The notes under the pieces: model-generated
The model's input: only the letters and a program-made list of their open reading frames with translations
Databases searched by the model: none
Told to the model about the DNA's origin: nothing
Made by a program: the position numbers and the translations under genes
Shown here: positions 9,797 through 19,866 of the stretch, piece after piece
Layout of the letters: every line of letters starts with the position of its first letter
Numbering within the stretch: position 1 is the stretch's first letter
Origin: Coxiella sp. (in: g-proteobacteria)
GTDB lineage: Bacteria > Pseudomonadota > Gammaproteobacteria > Coxiellales > Coxiellaceae
DNA: 44,049 nt
NCBI GenBank assembly: GCA_002732805.1
Contig: NVSS01000025.1
Span: 1-44,049 of the forward strand
Direction of reading: 5' to 3'

Positions 9797-10228
9797 ATGG
9801 CAATCTTTAATTTCGGAGCAAAAGCGTCAGCTAAGACTACAGGCAGAGAAGAGCGCGAGATTAGAACCTTGCGTTCAGCTTTTCAGGAAGTAGATGCTCA
9901 GAGTACTATAGGCAGAGAGAAGCTTAACATAGACCAGGCAGGTATAGATAAGCTTATTGGTGATGTTCTAGGAGGAGCTGATGGGCTAGCTTCTATCTTC
10001 GGAGGCGAGCAGACTGCTGGTATATTTAGTTCCTCTGTATCAGCTCAGGCTGCAGGAGACCTAGCCACCAAACTGGTAGGTGAGCTTGCTGTACTTACTG
10101 CTGAGAGAGTTACTACTCAGGATACTGTAGGTGTAAGAGCTGGAACTTCTACTGAAGATGAGAAGACAACTAAGAAGTCTAGAGAGACTGAGTTCGCAAC
10201 TGAAACTGAAGGCTCTTTTGGGATATAA
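9797..10228 (+). CDS. Internal virion / ejection protein A candidate (143 aa)
   Basis: First of three consecutive, tightly abutting ORFs (143, 661, 1853 aa) at the end of the structural arm. This is positionally analogous to T7 gp14/gp15/gp16. Confidence 0.45.
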   Translation: MAIFNFGAKASAKTTGREEREIRTLRSAFQEVDAQSTIGREKLNIDQAGIDKLIGDVLGGADGLASIFGGEQTAGIFSSSVSAQAAGDLATKLVGELAVLTAERVTTQDTVGVRAGTSTEDEKTTKKSRETEFATETEGSFGI

Positions 10229-10230
10229 TC

Positions 10231-12216
10231 ATGGCTACCAATCCAATACTAAGTAAGCTGGGCTCTATTGCTGGATCTGCTGCTTCTGATATAGAAGACG
10301 AAACTGCTGTAGATGACTCTGCTCTTAAGGCTGCTATCTCTGATGCGGAAGATGCTCTGGGGACTACAGAAGATGAAGTAACTTCCTCTCTGAAAGATCT
10401 AGAAGTAGCTCTTGCTGAGCAGACTACTGCTACTGCTGAGAGTATAGAACAGATAGAAACTGCTACTAAAGAGTCTACTGTTGCTTCTGCTACTATTGAA
10501 GAAGCTATGGGAGGTATAGCAGAAGCTAACCAAACCATACAGGCAGTTAAGCTGAATGAATCTTTAAAGGTACAGAACACTACTATAGATGCTTTTGAAG
10601 CTGCTGGTGGATCTGAGGTGCAACTGCAACTAGTAGGAGAACTGGCAGCAGATTCAGCTAGGATCTCTGACCTGCATGATAACTTAATAGATATAGTGGA
10701 TGATGAACATACTGGTAACGCACTGCTAGATGGCATAGTAAACCAGTTCAGATCTATTCAGACTTACATAGAATTAGATGCAGCTAATAACAAGGCTGCG
10801 GCCACTTCTAGGGAGCTGACTAACATACAAGCTTCTACAGAGACTGTCGCTAGGACTGCTTCTCTAACTCAGAAGACTCTTAATGAAGCTACCATTGCTG
10901 CTTCCTTGAAGAAACTAGCTTCTGAGGATGCTATAGCGCTATCTGAGCAGCAGATTAGGAATATCAATGCTAACTCAGACAGAGTTGCTAAGATCTATAC
11001 CATGAGGCAGGGAGAGATCAATACTCTTCTGCAGACTTTCCGCTTAGAAGGAGAGGTACAGAACAGAGCACTTTCAGCAGAAAGGAACAAGTTAGCTGTA
11101 GAAGAAATGGCCTTTAGGAGAGAGCAACTGCCTTTGCAGAGAGAGAAAGACACTGCAGCCCTAGCTCTTACAGAAGCACAGCTAGCACAAACTACTGATC
11201 CTTTGAGGATAGCAGCACTGGAAGCACAGCAAGCTACTCAGATTAAGACTTTTAATGATACTATCTTAACAGAAAAAGCACAAGTACAGACAGTACAGAA
11301 AGCACAATCGGTTGCTGGTATTCCTATAGAAGCTGGAAGTCTTATTACAGCTGGTCTGAAACAGACTGGAGTATTAGGAGCTAGGTATGATGCCTTGCTA
11401 CTGATGGGTACGGGCGCCTCTCCTAGCTTAGGTGCAAACCCTTGGGAAGCTAAAAGGAACCTTGCTATAGTAGCTCCTACTGGTAACTTCACTCGTACTC
11501 CTGTTACCCGTATGCTTGATATGATAGAGATAAAGCAGCAGGCTAAGTATGCAGCTAACCCTGCAGGTATACCTAAGGACGAAGCTACTCTTAAAGCTAA
11601 CTTCAATACCACTGCAGCAGAGACAGCAGCTGATGCTTCGCAAACCATTATATCAGGAGATACATCTAATCCTTATGTGGCGCCTCCTATGACAGTGCTT
11701 AAAGATGTCAGCGCTATTAGGGATACTCCTCTGTTTACTAAAGTCTTGGGGCCTATGAATCTAACTGAGACTAACCCTCAGAAGATCATGGATGCTTCTA
11801 TAGCAGGAGTTAGAGCTAAGGTTATATCTCCAGAAGAAGCAGCGAATGGAATACAAACAATCTTTTCATCTGCTGCAGCTATAAATAATACAATGGCTGG
11901 AGGGTATTCTAGGATAGGATTCCCTTCTCAGACTACCTATAACGTACCTCTGGAGCTTCCACCTACAGCATTCCAAACACTTACTGGATCTATAGGGGTG
12001 GCCACTTCTGTAGCAGCTATTCCCTTTACTGGCATTCCTGGCTTAGTTAAAGGAGAAGGCTTCTTTGGAGGTCCTGATAAGGCTCTGCAAGCACTAGTTG
12101 CGGATAGGCTCTTTACTGTAGACTTGATGAATAAGCAAGAGGTTGAGTTCGCTATAGCTAAGCTCTTAGCAACTGCAGCACCCACTTCTACAGTTCTAAA
12201 AAAAGAAGGTGAATAA
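10231..12216 (+). CDS. Internal virion / ejection protein B candidate (661 aa, coiled-coil rich)
   Basis: Ala/Glu/Thr-rich, heptad-like sequence. Position analogous to T7 gp15. Confidence 0.45.
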   Translation: MATNPILSKLGSIAGSAASDIEDETAVDDSALKAAISDAEDALGTTEDEVTSSLKDLEVALAEQTTATAESIEQIETATKESTVASATIEEAMGGIAEANQTIQAVKLNESLKVQNTTIDAFEAAGGSEVQLQLVGELAADSARISDLHDNLIDIVDDEHTGNALLDGIVNQFRSIQTYIELDAANNKAAATSRELTNIQASTETVARTASLTQKTLNEATIAASLKKLASEDAIALSEQQIRNINANSDRVAKIYTMRQGEINTLLQTFRLEGEVQNRALSAERNKLAVEEMAFRREQLPLQREKDTAALALTEAQLAQTTDPLRIAALEAQQATQIKTFNDTILTEKAQVQTVQKAQSVAGIPIEAGSLITAGLKQTGVLGARYDALLLMGTGASPSLGANPWEAKRNLAIVAPTGNFTRTPVTRMLDMIEIKQQAKYAANPAGIPKDEATLKANFNTTAAETAADASQTIISGDTSNPYVAPPMTVLKDVSAIRDTPLFTKVLGPMNLTETNPQKIMDASIAGVRAKVISPEEAANGIQTIFSSAAAINNTMAGGYSRIGFPSQTTYNVPLELPPTAFQTLTGSIGVATSVAAIPFTGIPGLVKGEGFFGGPDKALQALVADRLFTVDLMNKQEVEFAIAKLLATAAPTSTVLKKEGE

Positions 12217-12218
12217 TC

Positions 12219-15200
12219 ATGGCAGAACCTAAGACATTCTTTAATACAGCGTATGCAGAAGCTCTCACTCGTATTAATAGCGGGGATACTTCTGAGGACT
12301 CTAGGATTCCTTCCTATATGGTACGGGCTAATACCTTGAATGTATCTAATAGGAACCAGACCTTTGAAGAGTCTGCTATAGACTTCGTAGAAGGGGTACC
12401 TAAGTTCATTGGTGCCTCTGTTATCTCTGGAGTATCTCAGCTGTATAACATAGCTCCTTCTATAGGCAATCTCTTTGGTGGTGACTTCGAAGAGCTAGAT
12501 ATAGGTGAAGTAATTGCTGACTTAGATTCAGACCTTGGACAGTTCTATAAAGAGCACCAGGAAGGTATAGATCTAGTAGGTTTCATAGCCTCCTCTATTG
12601 TGCCAGGTACAGCAGGTGTTAAGTTACTGAATGCAGGACAAAGATCTCTTACTGCTGCAATCGGCACAGGTAAACTAGGGAACGGCATGGCTAGAAGCTT
12701 TGGTCTCCTTGCTGCTCCTAATAAGCAGAAGCACCTATCTGCAGCTATCAGTGAAGTTGTTAACTCTAACTCAGCTGTCAGCCTTACTAATGGTGCAGCT
12801 TTGCGGGCTATTGGCTCAGGGTTTACTCAGAACATTCTAGAAGGTGCAGCCTTTGAAGTAGGTGTAGCTGCAACTATGTTTAACTCTCCTATTCTTGAAG
12901 CTCAGGACTTAGGAGATTTAGTAGCTAATGTAGCCTTCGGTGCAGGAGTCTTTGGTTTGGTAGGTGGAGTAGTGTCAGCGGTAGGTATTAACTCAGCTCT
13001 TAAGAAAGCTGCTACTGCTGCAGATATTGAAGCTAGACCTTGGGCTGATATCATAACTGAGACAACAGGGTTCTCTAGTGCAGCTTCTGCAGCTTCTTCC
13101 TACGAGAAGATAGCCCTGGACTTTGATCACATCAATAAGGTAGCAGGCAGACAAGTTCCTATGAATCTAGCTCCTGAGAGAAGAGCTTTCCTTACCAATC
13201 TGCAGGAGTCTACCATAGGCAAGGCTGAGCTAAGAATAAGAAAAGAACTGGGTGAAGTAGCTAACGGCGATCAAGTTGTAGCTGGCACTTTGTTTGAAGC
13301 TTTTAAGAGACAGAGCCTGGAAACTCAGCAGTCAGCTTTCATAGGTATGCAGGAAGCTACTCGCTTTGCTGAGGCTCCTAAGCTAGAGAAGCTGCTAGGT
13401 AAGCTGAAGAGAAAGATCTCTAAAGGTGATGCTACTATAGATGAGATAGATGAATACGCTAATGTAGCCAGGTCTTATACAAAGGTATGGGGCGAATCTG
13501 CAGGAGAGGTTACTACTGAGATCCCTGTTATCACCAGCTTGGTTGATACTCTTAAAGCAGGAGAGTCTATTAAGGTCTCTGCCGGTGGAGTTAAAGCTGG
13601 CTCTAAGAGCTATTCTTTTAACTCAGGGTACAATCTGAAGGTTCCTGGAAAGGGTAAGGCAGATAGAAGTACTGCTTGGAGTATGCTTACTTCTGAGCCT
13701 TTAGAAGCTAATGCTCGCTATCTGTGGGCAGCTAAGCTTCCTACCTTTAAGCCTACTGTAGCTAAGCCTATAAGAATTGGAGCAGATGATATACCTCTTC
13801 TGGAGAAAGCTATTGCAGACATTCCTGACAGCAGTATGCAGTTTGTAAAGATCGTAGCTGAAGATGGATCTCTTACTTCTGCAAGGGCTGGATCTATAAG
13901 GGAATCTATTGCTGATACAAAAGCACTGGTAGCGAACAAGCTGCATAAGTCTACTACAGAAGGTCTTGTAGGATCTGATGCAACAGTTGTAGCTAACAAG
14001 TTGCGATCTATGCTAGGGATAAGATTCTCTGTAGAAGATCTGACAAGCGGTACAATCGCAAGACTAAGAACAGTGGTCGCGGGTGAGACTAAAGGATTCT
14101 CTAAGATAGAGGTATCTGCTAAAGCTCTTACAGAACAGCCTCTCCATAAGCTGGTATCTACAATCCTGCATGAAGAAGGCCATGTTAAGTTCAATACTAT
14201 TCTTGATATAGGCGGCATACCTAAGTCTGAGTTTGCTACAGTTAAGAAAGAAATCATTGCAGCTTCTAAGAAAGCTAGACCTGGAGCTTGGAAGAATGTA
14301 CAGGAAGGTTCAGAAGACTTCCAGTATCTTAACTCTAATGCAGAACTTATGGCTGATAGCTTCTCCTTCTTTACTCAGTACCCAGGAAGAATGGCAGTAG
14401 AGGCTCCTACCTTTGAGAAGCTCTTTGGTCATCTGGTAAGACCTCTAGATAAGAAGCTGGTAGAGTCTTATTCTAAGCGTATGAATATGCTGACTCAGGA
14501 TGAGATAGCTTCTATGGTAAATGTTAAGTCTTCCTGGCTGGGAGGAGAGCAGGTTAAAGATGGAGTTCTTAAATCAGCTGACTCAGATATCTTTGCTATG
14601 CAGGATCATGCAGCACAGTATACAAAGAAGCTGGTAGATCAAGGCTCCTGGAAAGCTGATGCAGGCTTGGTAGATATGAGTGCAGTACCTCAGCATATGA
14701 AGCTTACTTATGATACTACTCCTTTTAAAGAGATCAACAATAATGTCATAGAGAACATGGCTACCATCAAAGGCTTACAGAAGCAGTACCAAGCCTCTGG
14801 TAATATAGCTTCTAAGGAAGTTCTTGGTAAGTGGTTTGATCAGCTGCCTGATATAAGCTCAGGTAAAGTTGCAGGTGATGCTAACAGATCTGGAGCAGGT
14901 GCAGGGTTTGCATCAGCAGCTTCTTCCAATTACGGCGGCCTTGCTGCTACCACTGAGTTTATTGGGTCTGTAACTTCCAGAGCTACTAGGGACTTCCAAG
15001 CTAAAACAACTGAAGTCTTAGAGCCTCTTCTGTACAAGCTTGCTAACAATCAGGAGGCAGCTGTAGAGTGGTCAGTTCTATCTCAGAGAGTAAGGAACCT
15101 AGAAGAGATCTATGGACTTAATGCAGCAGGTAATGCTCTTGAGCCTATTAAGCTTATACGCTGGAAGCAAGCTGTAGCAGAAGTTGAACAGGCTAATGCA

Positions 15201-17780
15201 GCAGCAGCTAAAGCAGCAATAGCAGCAGGGAAGGAAGTACCAACTCCAGCTCTAGCTCCTACACGACCTGTCCTGTCTAACCCTGATACTCCTCTGCTCT
15301 TAGAGATTAAGAACTCAGAAGTTAGTTCTTTGGCTCGCGCCCATATAGAAACTAATGGAGCTAGGACTTCTTCTCTCAGCACTATTCGTTCAGCTCAGGG
15401 AGCAGTGTATCAGAGAGATCCTGGGTCCTTCTATCCTATTCCTATTAACCCTAAAGACTTCCCTCACTTTGCTATGGTAACTGATTCCTCAGTAACAGCT
15501 ACTGGTCATCACACTACCTTATATGCAACAACTGCTGAGGATCTAGAGAGACAGATCTCTAAGCTGAAAACTAATCCGCACCTTAAGATTAGGACTAAGA
15601 AAGAAGCTGAAGATTACTTCTCCTCTATAGGACAGTGGGAATATGAGAAGACTCTGAGTGATAACTACTTGGACATTACTGCTAAGAGATCTGGAGTATC
15701 TGCTCCTTTCTTACCTGCTACTGATCCTGGAAAGATTACTGCTGATCTTCTGAACTGGCATATGGCAAGAGACTCTGGCCTTGTAAGAGAAGCTGTAACT
15801 GCTAAGTATGAAGTACAGTTCCAAGAGCTTAAACGCTTAGGTGATGAGTATACTAATGTAGCTACCTCTAAGTTCTCAATAGATTCTTTGAATCGCTTTG
15901 CAGATGACTCAGTTAAGAATCCTTACAATGATTACATAAAAACAGCCTTAGCTGTAAGGAAGAATTCAGACTATCCTTTCTGGGTTAATGTCAATACTAT
16001 GGCTGATGAAGCTATCAGTAAGATGTACCGGAAAGTATCTGGAGCAGTTGAGTCTGCTAGAACTGAAGATGAGCTGCTAGCAGTTAATGGTATGCTAGAA
16101 CAGGCAGGTTATAAAGGAGCTCATTATGATGCTGCTATGGAAGTCTTCGCTAATGCTGGTCCAGCGCAAGGAGTACTCACCAAGGCTATACAGAAAGGTA
16201 ACAGTGTTCTTGCTACAATAGTTCTTCGCCTGGATACTCTTAACTCAGTGAACAATGCAGTAAGTGCTAATGTTCTTCTGGGAGCAGAGACTAAGGCAGT
16301 AATACGAGCTATCTCTCAGGGAGATGAAGAAGCTGTAGGTGCTTTGGCTGCTCTTACTAGGATCAAAGTCCCAGGAACAGATAGCACTGTCTTCTCTCCT
16401 ACTAAGCTTATAGCCAACTCAGTTCGTCGCTTTAATGCTGTAGGTGCAGACATGCAGTTCTATAAGGATATAGGAGTTGTTACTTCTATCTCTGATCAGT
16501 ACAAGACTGCTTTGGATGCTCTGACTTATACAGGTAAAGATGTAAAAGCTTGGAGTAGCAGGATAGATGGAGTACAGAAGAATCTAGCTAACCTCGCTAA
16601 CACTGGTGAGAAGTGGACTGGTAACAAGCTGGCTGAAGAGTTCAACAGGTTCGTAGCTGCAGATGTTATGAAGCAAATGACAGATGTAGCAGTAAGCAGG
16701 AATCTGATGTCTTCTAAAGAGCAGCTTGCTTATATCAATACTTTCGTAAACCGGACTCAGGGTAACTACCTAGCTTCTCAGAGACCTATGATGTTCCAAG
16801 GAGCTATAGGACAAGCTATAGGCCTATTCCAAACTTACCAGTTTAATCTTATGCAGCAGCTTCTAAGACATGTAGGAGAAGGTCATGCTAAAGATACTAT
16901 GACTCTGCTAGCCTTGCAAGGAACTATACATGGTATGAATGGCTTACCTGGATTCAATGCTATTAACACTTCTCTCTTAGGTAATGCTTCTGGTAACAAA
17001 GAACACAGAGATGCCTTTGATGCAGTGTATGGAATAGCTGGTAAGGAAGCTGGTGATTGGCTTATGTATGGCATGGCATCTAATGCCTTAGGTTTAATAG
17101 ATCCAGACCTAAAGATTAACCTCTATACTCGGGGTGATATTAACCCTAGGCATGTTACCATTGTACCTACCAATCCTGTAGATGTTCCTATCTACGCTGC
17201 ATCAACTAAGTTCTTTGCTAATCTTTTCACTACAGCTAAGAAGCTTGCAGCAGGCGGTGATATAAGTACTACTCTCCTGCAAGGTATAGAGCACAATGGC
17301 TTAAGTAGACCTCTGGCTGGCTTGGCTCAAACCTTACAAGGTATTGCCAATCCTGTTAATGCTTCTTACAGTACTTCTAATAGAGGTAATGTTATCGCTT
17401 CTAATGATCTTCTTTCTCTGGCAAATCTAGGTAGAATGGTTGGCGGCAAGCCTCTTGATGAAGCTATTGCTATTGATGCTGTATATAGGTATAAGGCTTA
17501 TGGTTTAGCGGATGCTAAGAAGAGGGCAGTTCTAGGACAAGCAATTAAGACTACGCTTATAGCAGGACAGAATCCTACCTTAGAACAGATTGAAGGTTTC
17601 GCTGAAGGTTATGCTGCTGCGGGAGGTAGATCGGAGGAGTTTAATAAGTGGTTCACTCAGTTGAATAGGACTACTAACTTGTCTCAAGCTAATAAGATCT
17701 CACAATCTCTTAGTAGTCCTTTCACTCAAAGTATGCAAAGGTTAATGGGAGGTAGAGAGTTTAGGGACTTTACAGAGTAG
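12219..17780 (+). CDS. Giant internal virion / ejection protein C candidate (1853 aa) with an embedded HEXXH zinc-metallopeptidase-like motif
   Basis: Largest ORF, and last in the structural arm. Gly/Ala-rich hydrophobic segments in the first ~260 aa. HEEGH at aa 651-655 (nt 14169..14183), with a downstream E-LMADSF (E709, nt 14343..14345). Confidence 0.55.
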   Translation: MAEPKTFFNTAYAEALTRINSGDTSEDSRIPSYMVRANTLNVSNRNQTFEESAIDFVEGVPKFIGASVISGVSQLYNIAPSIGNLFGGDFEELDIGEVIADLDSDLGQFYKEHQEGIDLVGFIASSIVPGTAGVKLLNAGQRSLTAAIGTGKLGNGMARSFGLLAAPNKQKHLSAAISEVVNSNSAVSLTNGAALRAIGSGFTQNILEGAAFEVGVAATMFNSPILEAQDLGDLVANVAFGAGVFGLVGGVVSAVGINSALKKAATAADIEARPWADIITETTGFSSAASAASSYEKIALDFDHINKVAGRQVPMNLAPERRAFLTNLQESTIGKAELRIRKELGEVANGDQVVAGTLFEAFKRQSLETQQSAFIGMQEATRFAEAPKLEKLLGKLKRKISKGDATIDEIDEYANVARSYTKVWGESAGEVTTEIPVITSLVDTLKAGESIKVSAGGVKAGSKSYSFNSGYNLKVPGKGKADRSTAWSMLTSEPLEANARYLWAAKLPTFKPTVAKPIRIGADDIPLLEKAIADIPDSSMQFVKIVAEDGSLTSARAGSIRESIADTKALVANKLHKSTTEGLVGSDATVVANKLRSMLGIRFSVEDLTSGTIARLRTVVAGETKGFSKIEVSAKALTEQPLHKLVSTILHEEGHVKFNTILDIGGIPKSEFATVKKEIIAASKKARPGAWKNVQEGSEDFQYLNSNAELMADSFSFFTQYPGRMAVEAPTFEKLFGHLVRPLDKKLVESYSKRMNMLTQDEIASMVNVKSSWLGGEQVKDGVLKSADSDIFAMQDHAAQYTKKLVDQGSWKADAGLVDMSAVPQHMKLTYDTTPFKEINNNVIENMATIKGLQKQYQASGNIASKEVLGKWFDQLPDISSGKVAGDANRSGAGAGFASAASSNYGGLAATTEFIGSVTSRATRDFQAKTTEVLEPLLYKLANNQEAAVEWSVLSQRVRNLEEIYGLNAAGNALEPIKLIRWKQAVAEVEQANAAAAKAAIAAGKEVPTPALAPTRPVLSNPDTPLLLEIKNSEVSSLARAHIETNGARTSSLSTIRSAQGAVYQRDPGSFYPIPINPKDFPHFAMVTDSSVTATGHHTTLYATTAEDLERQISKLKTNPHLKIRTKKEAEDYFSSIGQWEYEKTLSDNYLDITAKRSGVSAPFLPATDPGKITADLLNWHMARDSGLVREAVTAKYEVQFQELKRLGDEYTNVATSKFSIDSLNRFADDSVKNPYNDYIKTALAVRKNSDYPFWVNVNTMADEAISKMYRKVSGAVESARTEDELLAVNGMLEQAGYKGAHYDAAMEVFANAGPAQGVLTKAIQKGNSVLATIVLRLDTLNSVNNAVSANVLLGAETKAVIRAISQGDEEAVGALAALTRIKVPGTDSTVFSPTKLIANSVRRFNAVGADMQFYKDIGVVTSISDQYKTALDALTYTGKDVKAWSSRIDGVQKNLANLANTGEKWTGNKLAEEFNRFVAADVMKQMTDVAVSRNLMSSKEQLAYINTFVNRTQGNYLASQRPMMFQGAIGQAIGLFQTYQFNLMQQLLRHVGEGHAKDTMTLLALQGTIHGMNGLPGFNAINTSLLGNASGNKEHRDAFDAVYGIAGKEAGDWLMYGMASNALGLIDPDLKINLYTRGDINPRHVTIVPTNPVDVPIYAASTKFFANLFTTAKKLAAGGDISTTLLQGIEHNGLSRPLAGLAQTLQGIANPVNASYSTSNRGNVIASNDLLSLANLGRMVGGKPLDEAIAIDAVYRYKAYGLADAKKRAVLGQAIKTTLIAGQNPTLEQIEGFAEGYAAAGGRSEEFNKWFTQLNRTTNLSQANKISQSLSSPFTQSMQRLMGGREFRDFTE

Positions 17781-17820
17781 AAGCTTATTTCTGTACTGTT
17801 CCTAGACTCCCTATTTTTAT

Positions 17821-18555
17821 CTACCCTTTAGAGGCTGGAGGTTCTACTCTACCTCTTAGCTTTGTAGCATCTATGCCATCTCTAGCATTGAGGTAGATGT
17901 ACTCAGCAGTATTCTCTAAATGAGACATGTCTGACATGGAGTTATCTACCATCAGATCCTCAGCTTGCACAATCACACTATTCTCACTGATATGAGCAGC
18001 TTGTTCTTCAGTGAGAGTAGCCTTCCTTCCTGTTATATGAACCAGCAAGCCATGCTCTCTTACCCAGGTAGCTTCGTTCTCAAACCTAACATCATCAATG
18101 ATAACTAGATCTATAGGCCCCCTTCCTAGGTTCCTTCTAGCTATATAGGTTTCTGCTGCTATCACCCAGATGTCAGGATGTACTAGGTGCCTTCCCCACT
18201 CTGTTCCAAGAGTCTGAATGATACCTCTGTAATCACAGCCGTAGATACTAGCTGCAGCAGTGTCCTTATCTACCAGACCTAGCCCCCCAAGTAACATATC
18301 TTTCAAAGGCTTAGCAAAGCTATAACGAATAAGAGTATTTCTCTCGTCTATTACATTATCTATAGCTTGTGCAACAGTAGTCTTACCACATCCTGCCTTA
18401 CCAGCTAAGCCTATGATGAAAGGGAGAGGTCTTTTAAAGGGGGCAGGAACAGAATCAAACTCATCTCCTACCTTCATAGCTCTTTCTATCTTCTCGCTTC
18501 CCTTCTTTAGCCTTCCGGCTCCTTTCAGTTTATCTGTGCTATTTTTAGTGCTCAT
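17821..18555 (-). CDS. Deoxynucleoside monophosphate kinase, T4 gp1-like (244 aa)
   Basis: P-loop GLAGKAGCGKTT. Blocks are colinear with T4 gp1 as I remember it: YSFAKPLKDML ~ YQLAGPIKDAL; IIQTLGTEWGRHLVHPDIWV ~ LMQALGTDLIVNNFDRMYWV; VIIDDVRFENE ~ YIVPDTRQDHE; AHISE ~ THITE. Confidence 0.75.
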   Translation of the reverse strand: MSTKNSTDKLKGAGRLKKGSEKIERAMKVGDEFDSVPAPFKRPLPFIIGLAGKAGCGKTTVAQAIDNVIDERNTLIRYSFAKPLKDMLLGGLGLVDKDTAAASIYGCDYRGIIQTLGTEWGRHLVHPDIWVIAAETYIARRNLGRGPIDLVIIDDVRFENEATWVREHGLLVHITGRKATLTEEQAAHISENSVIVQAEDLMVDNSMSDMSHLENTAEYIYLNARDGIDATKLRGRVEPPASKG

Positions 18556-18806
18556 GATACTATTATAACTCCTTTCTTTTTAAGTTTCCAAAAGAGCTTA
18601 GGATACAAGTGCTCCAGCTCCATTGGCATATAGTCCCCATTCATGATCACTCCTACATAAGCTGCTACTTCTCCTAGCCAAGCTCCGTGATCATCTTTAG
18701 GGAGAGGTCCCAAGAGATTCAAGAGTACAGGATGGTTAGCAACTTCTTTGTTAAGAGCTATCCGCGCCTCACTCCACACCTCTAGGTTCTTTCTAGTTGT
18801 TCCCAT
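18552..18806 (-). CDS. Hypothetical protein (84 aa from the internal ATG)
   Basis: The ATG at 18806 is preceded by GGAGGA-N8, so it is preferred over the upstream ATG at 18848. It overlaps the DHH gene stop by 14 nt and the dNMP kinase start by 4 nt. Confidence 0.65.
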   Translation of the reverse strand: MGTTRKNLEVWSEARIALNKEVANHPVLLNLLGPLPKDDHGAWLGEVAAYVGVIMNGDYMPMELEHLYPKLFWKLKKKGVIIVS

Positions 18807-19866
18807 CTTTAGATTCCTCCTCTGCGTATGCTCCTCTCTTAAATACATTATCTAGGATACCTCCAGCTTCTATGTAGCTAACCTCAAATCCTGCAGCATT
18901 CTTATGCCCTCCTCCTCCAAAGATTTTAGCTATAGCAGAAACATCTGTATCTCCTACGCTTCTTAGGGAGAATGTGAATCTTCCAGGTTCGCCTACTAAA
19001 GTCTTACCTAATGCAGTGAACTCATCCATATCAAATAGGAGACAAGGAAGTTGGTGCTTCTCTGCTACATAATTACCTACAGCAGAAGTAAACTCTACAG
19101 GACAGGTAGCAGCTAGCATCTTATGCCCAGCTATGGTTACTGGTAGTGTCTCCTTGCCAAAGAACTCTACCTTCTTCTCATGCTCAGCTAGCAATCTGTT
19201 CCCTGCTATTACTATCCTGCTCCTAGTATCATGCTGCTCAAGATCTGCTGCTGCTCTATCCCAAGCAGAGAAAGTTTTAGCTAACTGCCTCAGGTACATG
19301 TTAATAGCTTTAGTCTCTGAGTACTCAAACTGATACAGGTCATAATCCTGTACATACTCTACTAGAGTTTCGCCATGATTAGGTAGCATACCCCCAAAGA
19401 ACTCCGCACAGATGCCTGCTCCGCTAAGGGCATTAACTAATACTATAGCTGTATTCAGCTCAGGTATCTTTTTAAAGAGCTTAGAGTCTTTATCAACTAC
19501 ATACCCTTTCTCTGCATACATCTCAAAGGCAGTCTTGTGGTGATCTAGGATCATTATAGCTATCTCAGGACCAGTGGGTGCTTCCTGTAGCTTCTCTATC
19601 CAAGCTAAAGATACAGAGAAGTCTACTATGTATAGGTTAGTATACATCCCTACAAGGATCATATTGTGTAGATCAGTCAGACTCTTCTCATTGTAAGTCA
19701 CACCTAAGCAGTCTATAATTGCATTAGGTCTAGCCTTCTCTAAGCTCCTAGCTGTAACCCAAGCAGATGTAAAGCCATCTATGCAAGGATCATGATAAGC
19801 TATTAGGATTCTTTCTTTTGCTACTGAATCTTTCTCTTCATTAGGGGTTTCTGTTTCTATGCTCAT
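18793..19866 (-). CDS. DHH/DHHA1-family phosphoesterase (NrnA/RecJ-like, 357 aa)
   Basis: Motif I AYHDPCIDGFTSAW, motif II LYIVDFS, motif III ILDHHKT, and DHHA1 motif FGGGGHKNAAGF. Confidence 0.8.
   Translation of the reverse strand: MSIETETPNEEKDSVAKERILIAYHDPCIDGFTSAWVTARSLEKARPNAIIDCLGVTYNEKSLTDLHNMILVGMYTNLYIVDFSVSLAWIEKLQEAPTGPEIAIMILDHHKTAFEMYAEKGYVVDKDSKLFKKIPELNTAIVLVNALSGAGICAEFFGGMLPNHGETLVEYVQDYDLYQFEYSETKAINMYLRQLAKTFSAWDRAAADLEQHDTRSRIVIAGNRLLAEHEKKVEFFGKETLPVTIAGHKMLAATCPVEFTSAVGNYVAEKHQLPCLLFDMDEFTALGKTLVGEPGRFTFSLRSVGDTDVSAIAKIFGGGGHKNAAGFEVSYIEAGGILDNVFKRGAYAEEESKDGNN

Noticed and set aside
10179-10736. 185-aa minus-strand ORF (Ser/Ala-rich) antisense to the 661-aa gene
   Set aside because: It lies entirely inside a long plus-strand ORF with clear RBS and context. 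Its low-complexity composition is the mirror image of the GCT/GAA-rich sense strand, and it has no RBS. The same reasoning applies to 11238..11648, 11428..11643, 11937..12185, 13701..13946, 13718..14257, 15110..15382 and 16883..17074.
12219-17780. Giant ORF as a virion-packaged RNA polymerase (N4 or crAss style)
   Set aside because: I could not find T7-like motifs A/B/C, or a DxDGD double-psi beta-barrel motif, in the 1853-aa sequence. The hydrophobic N-terminus and the position favour an ejection protein. Only a profile or structure search could settle this.
17781-17820. Expected bidirectional terminator at the convergence of the two arms
   Set aside because: I could not fold a convincing hairpin or find a T tract on either strand in these 40 bp, so none is reported.
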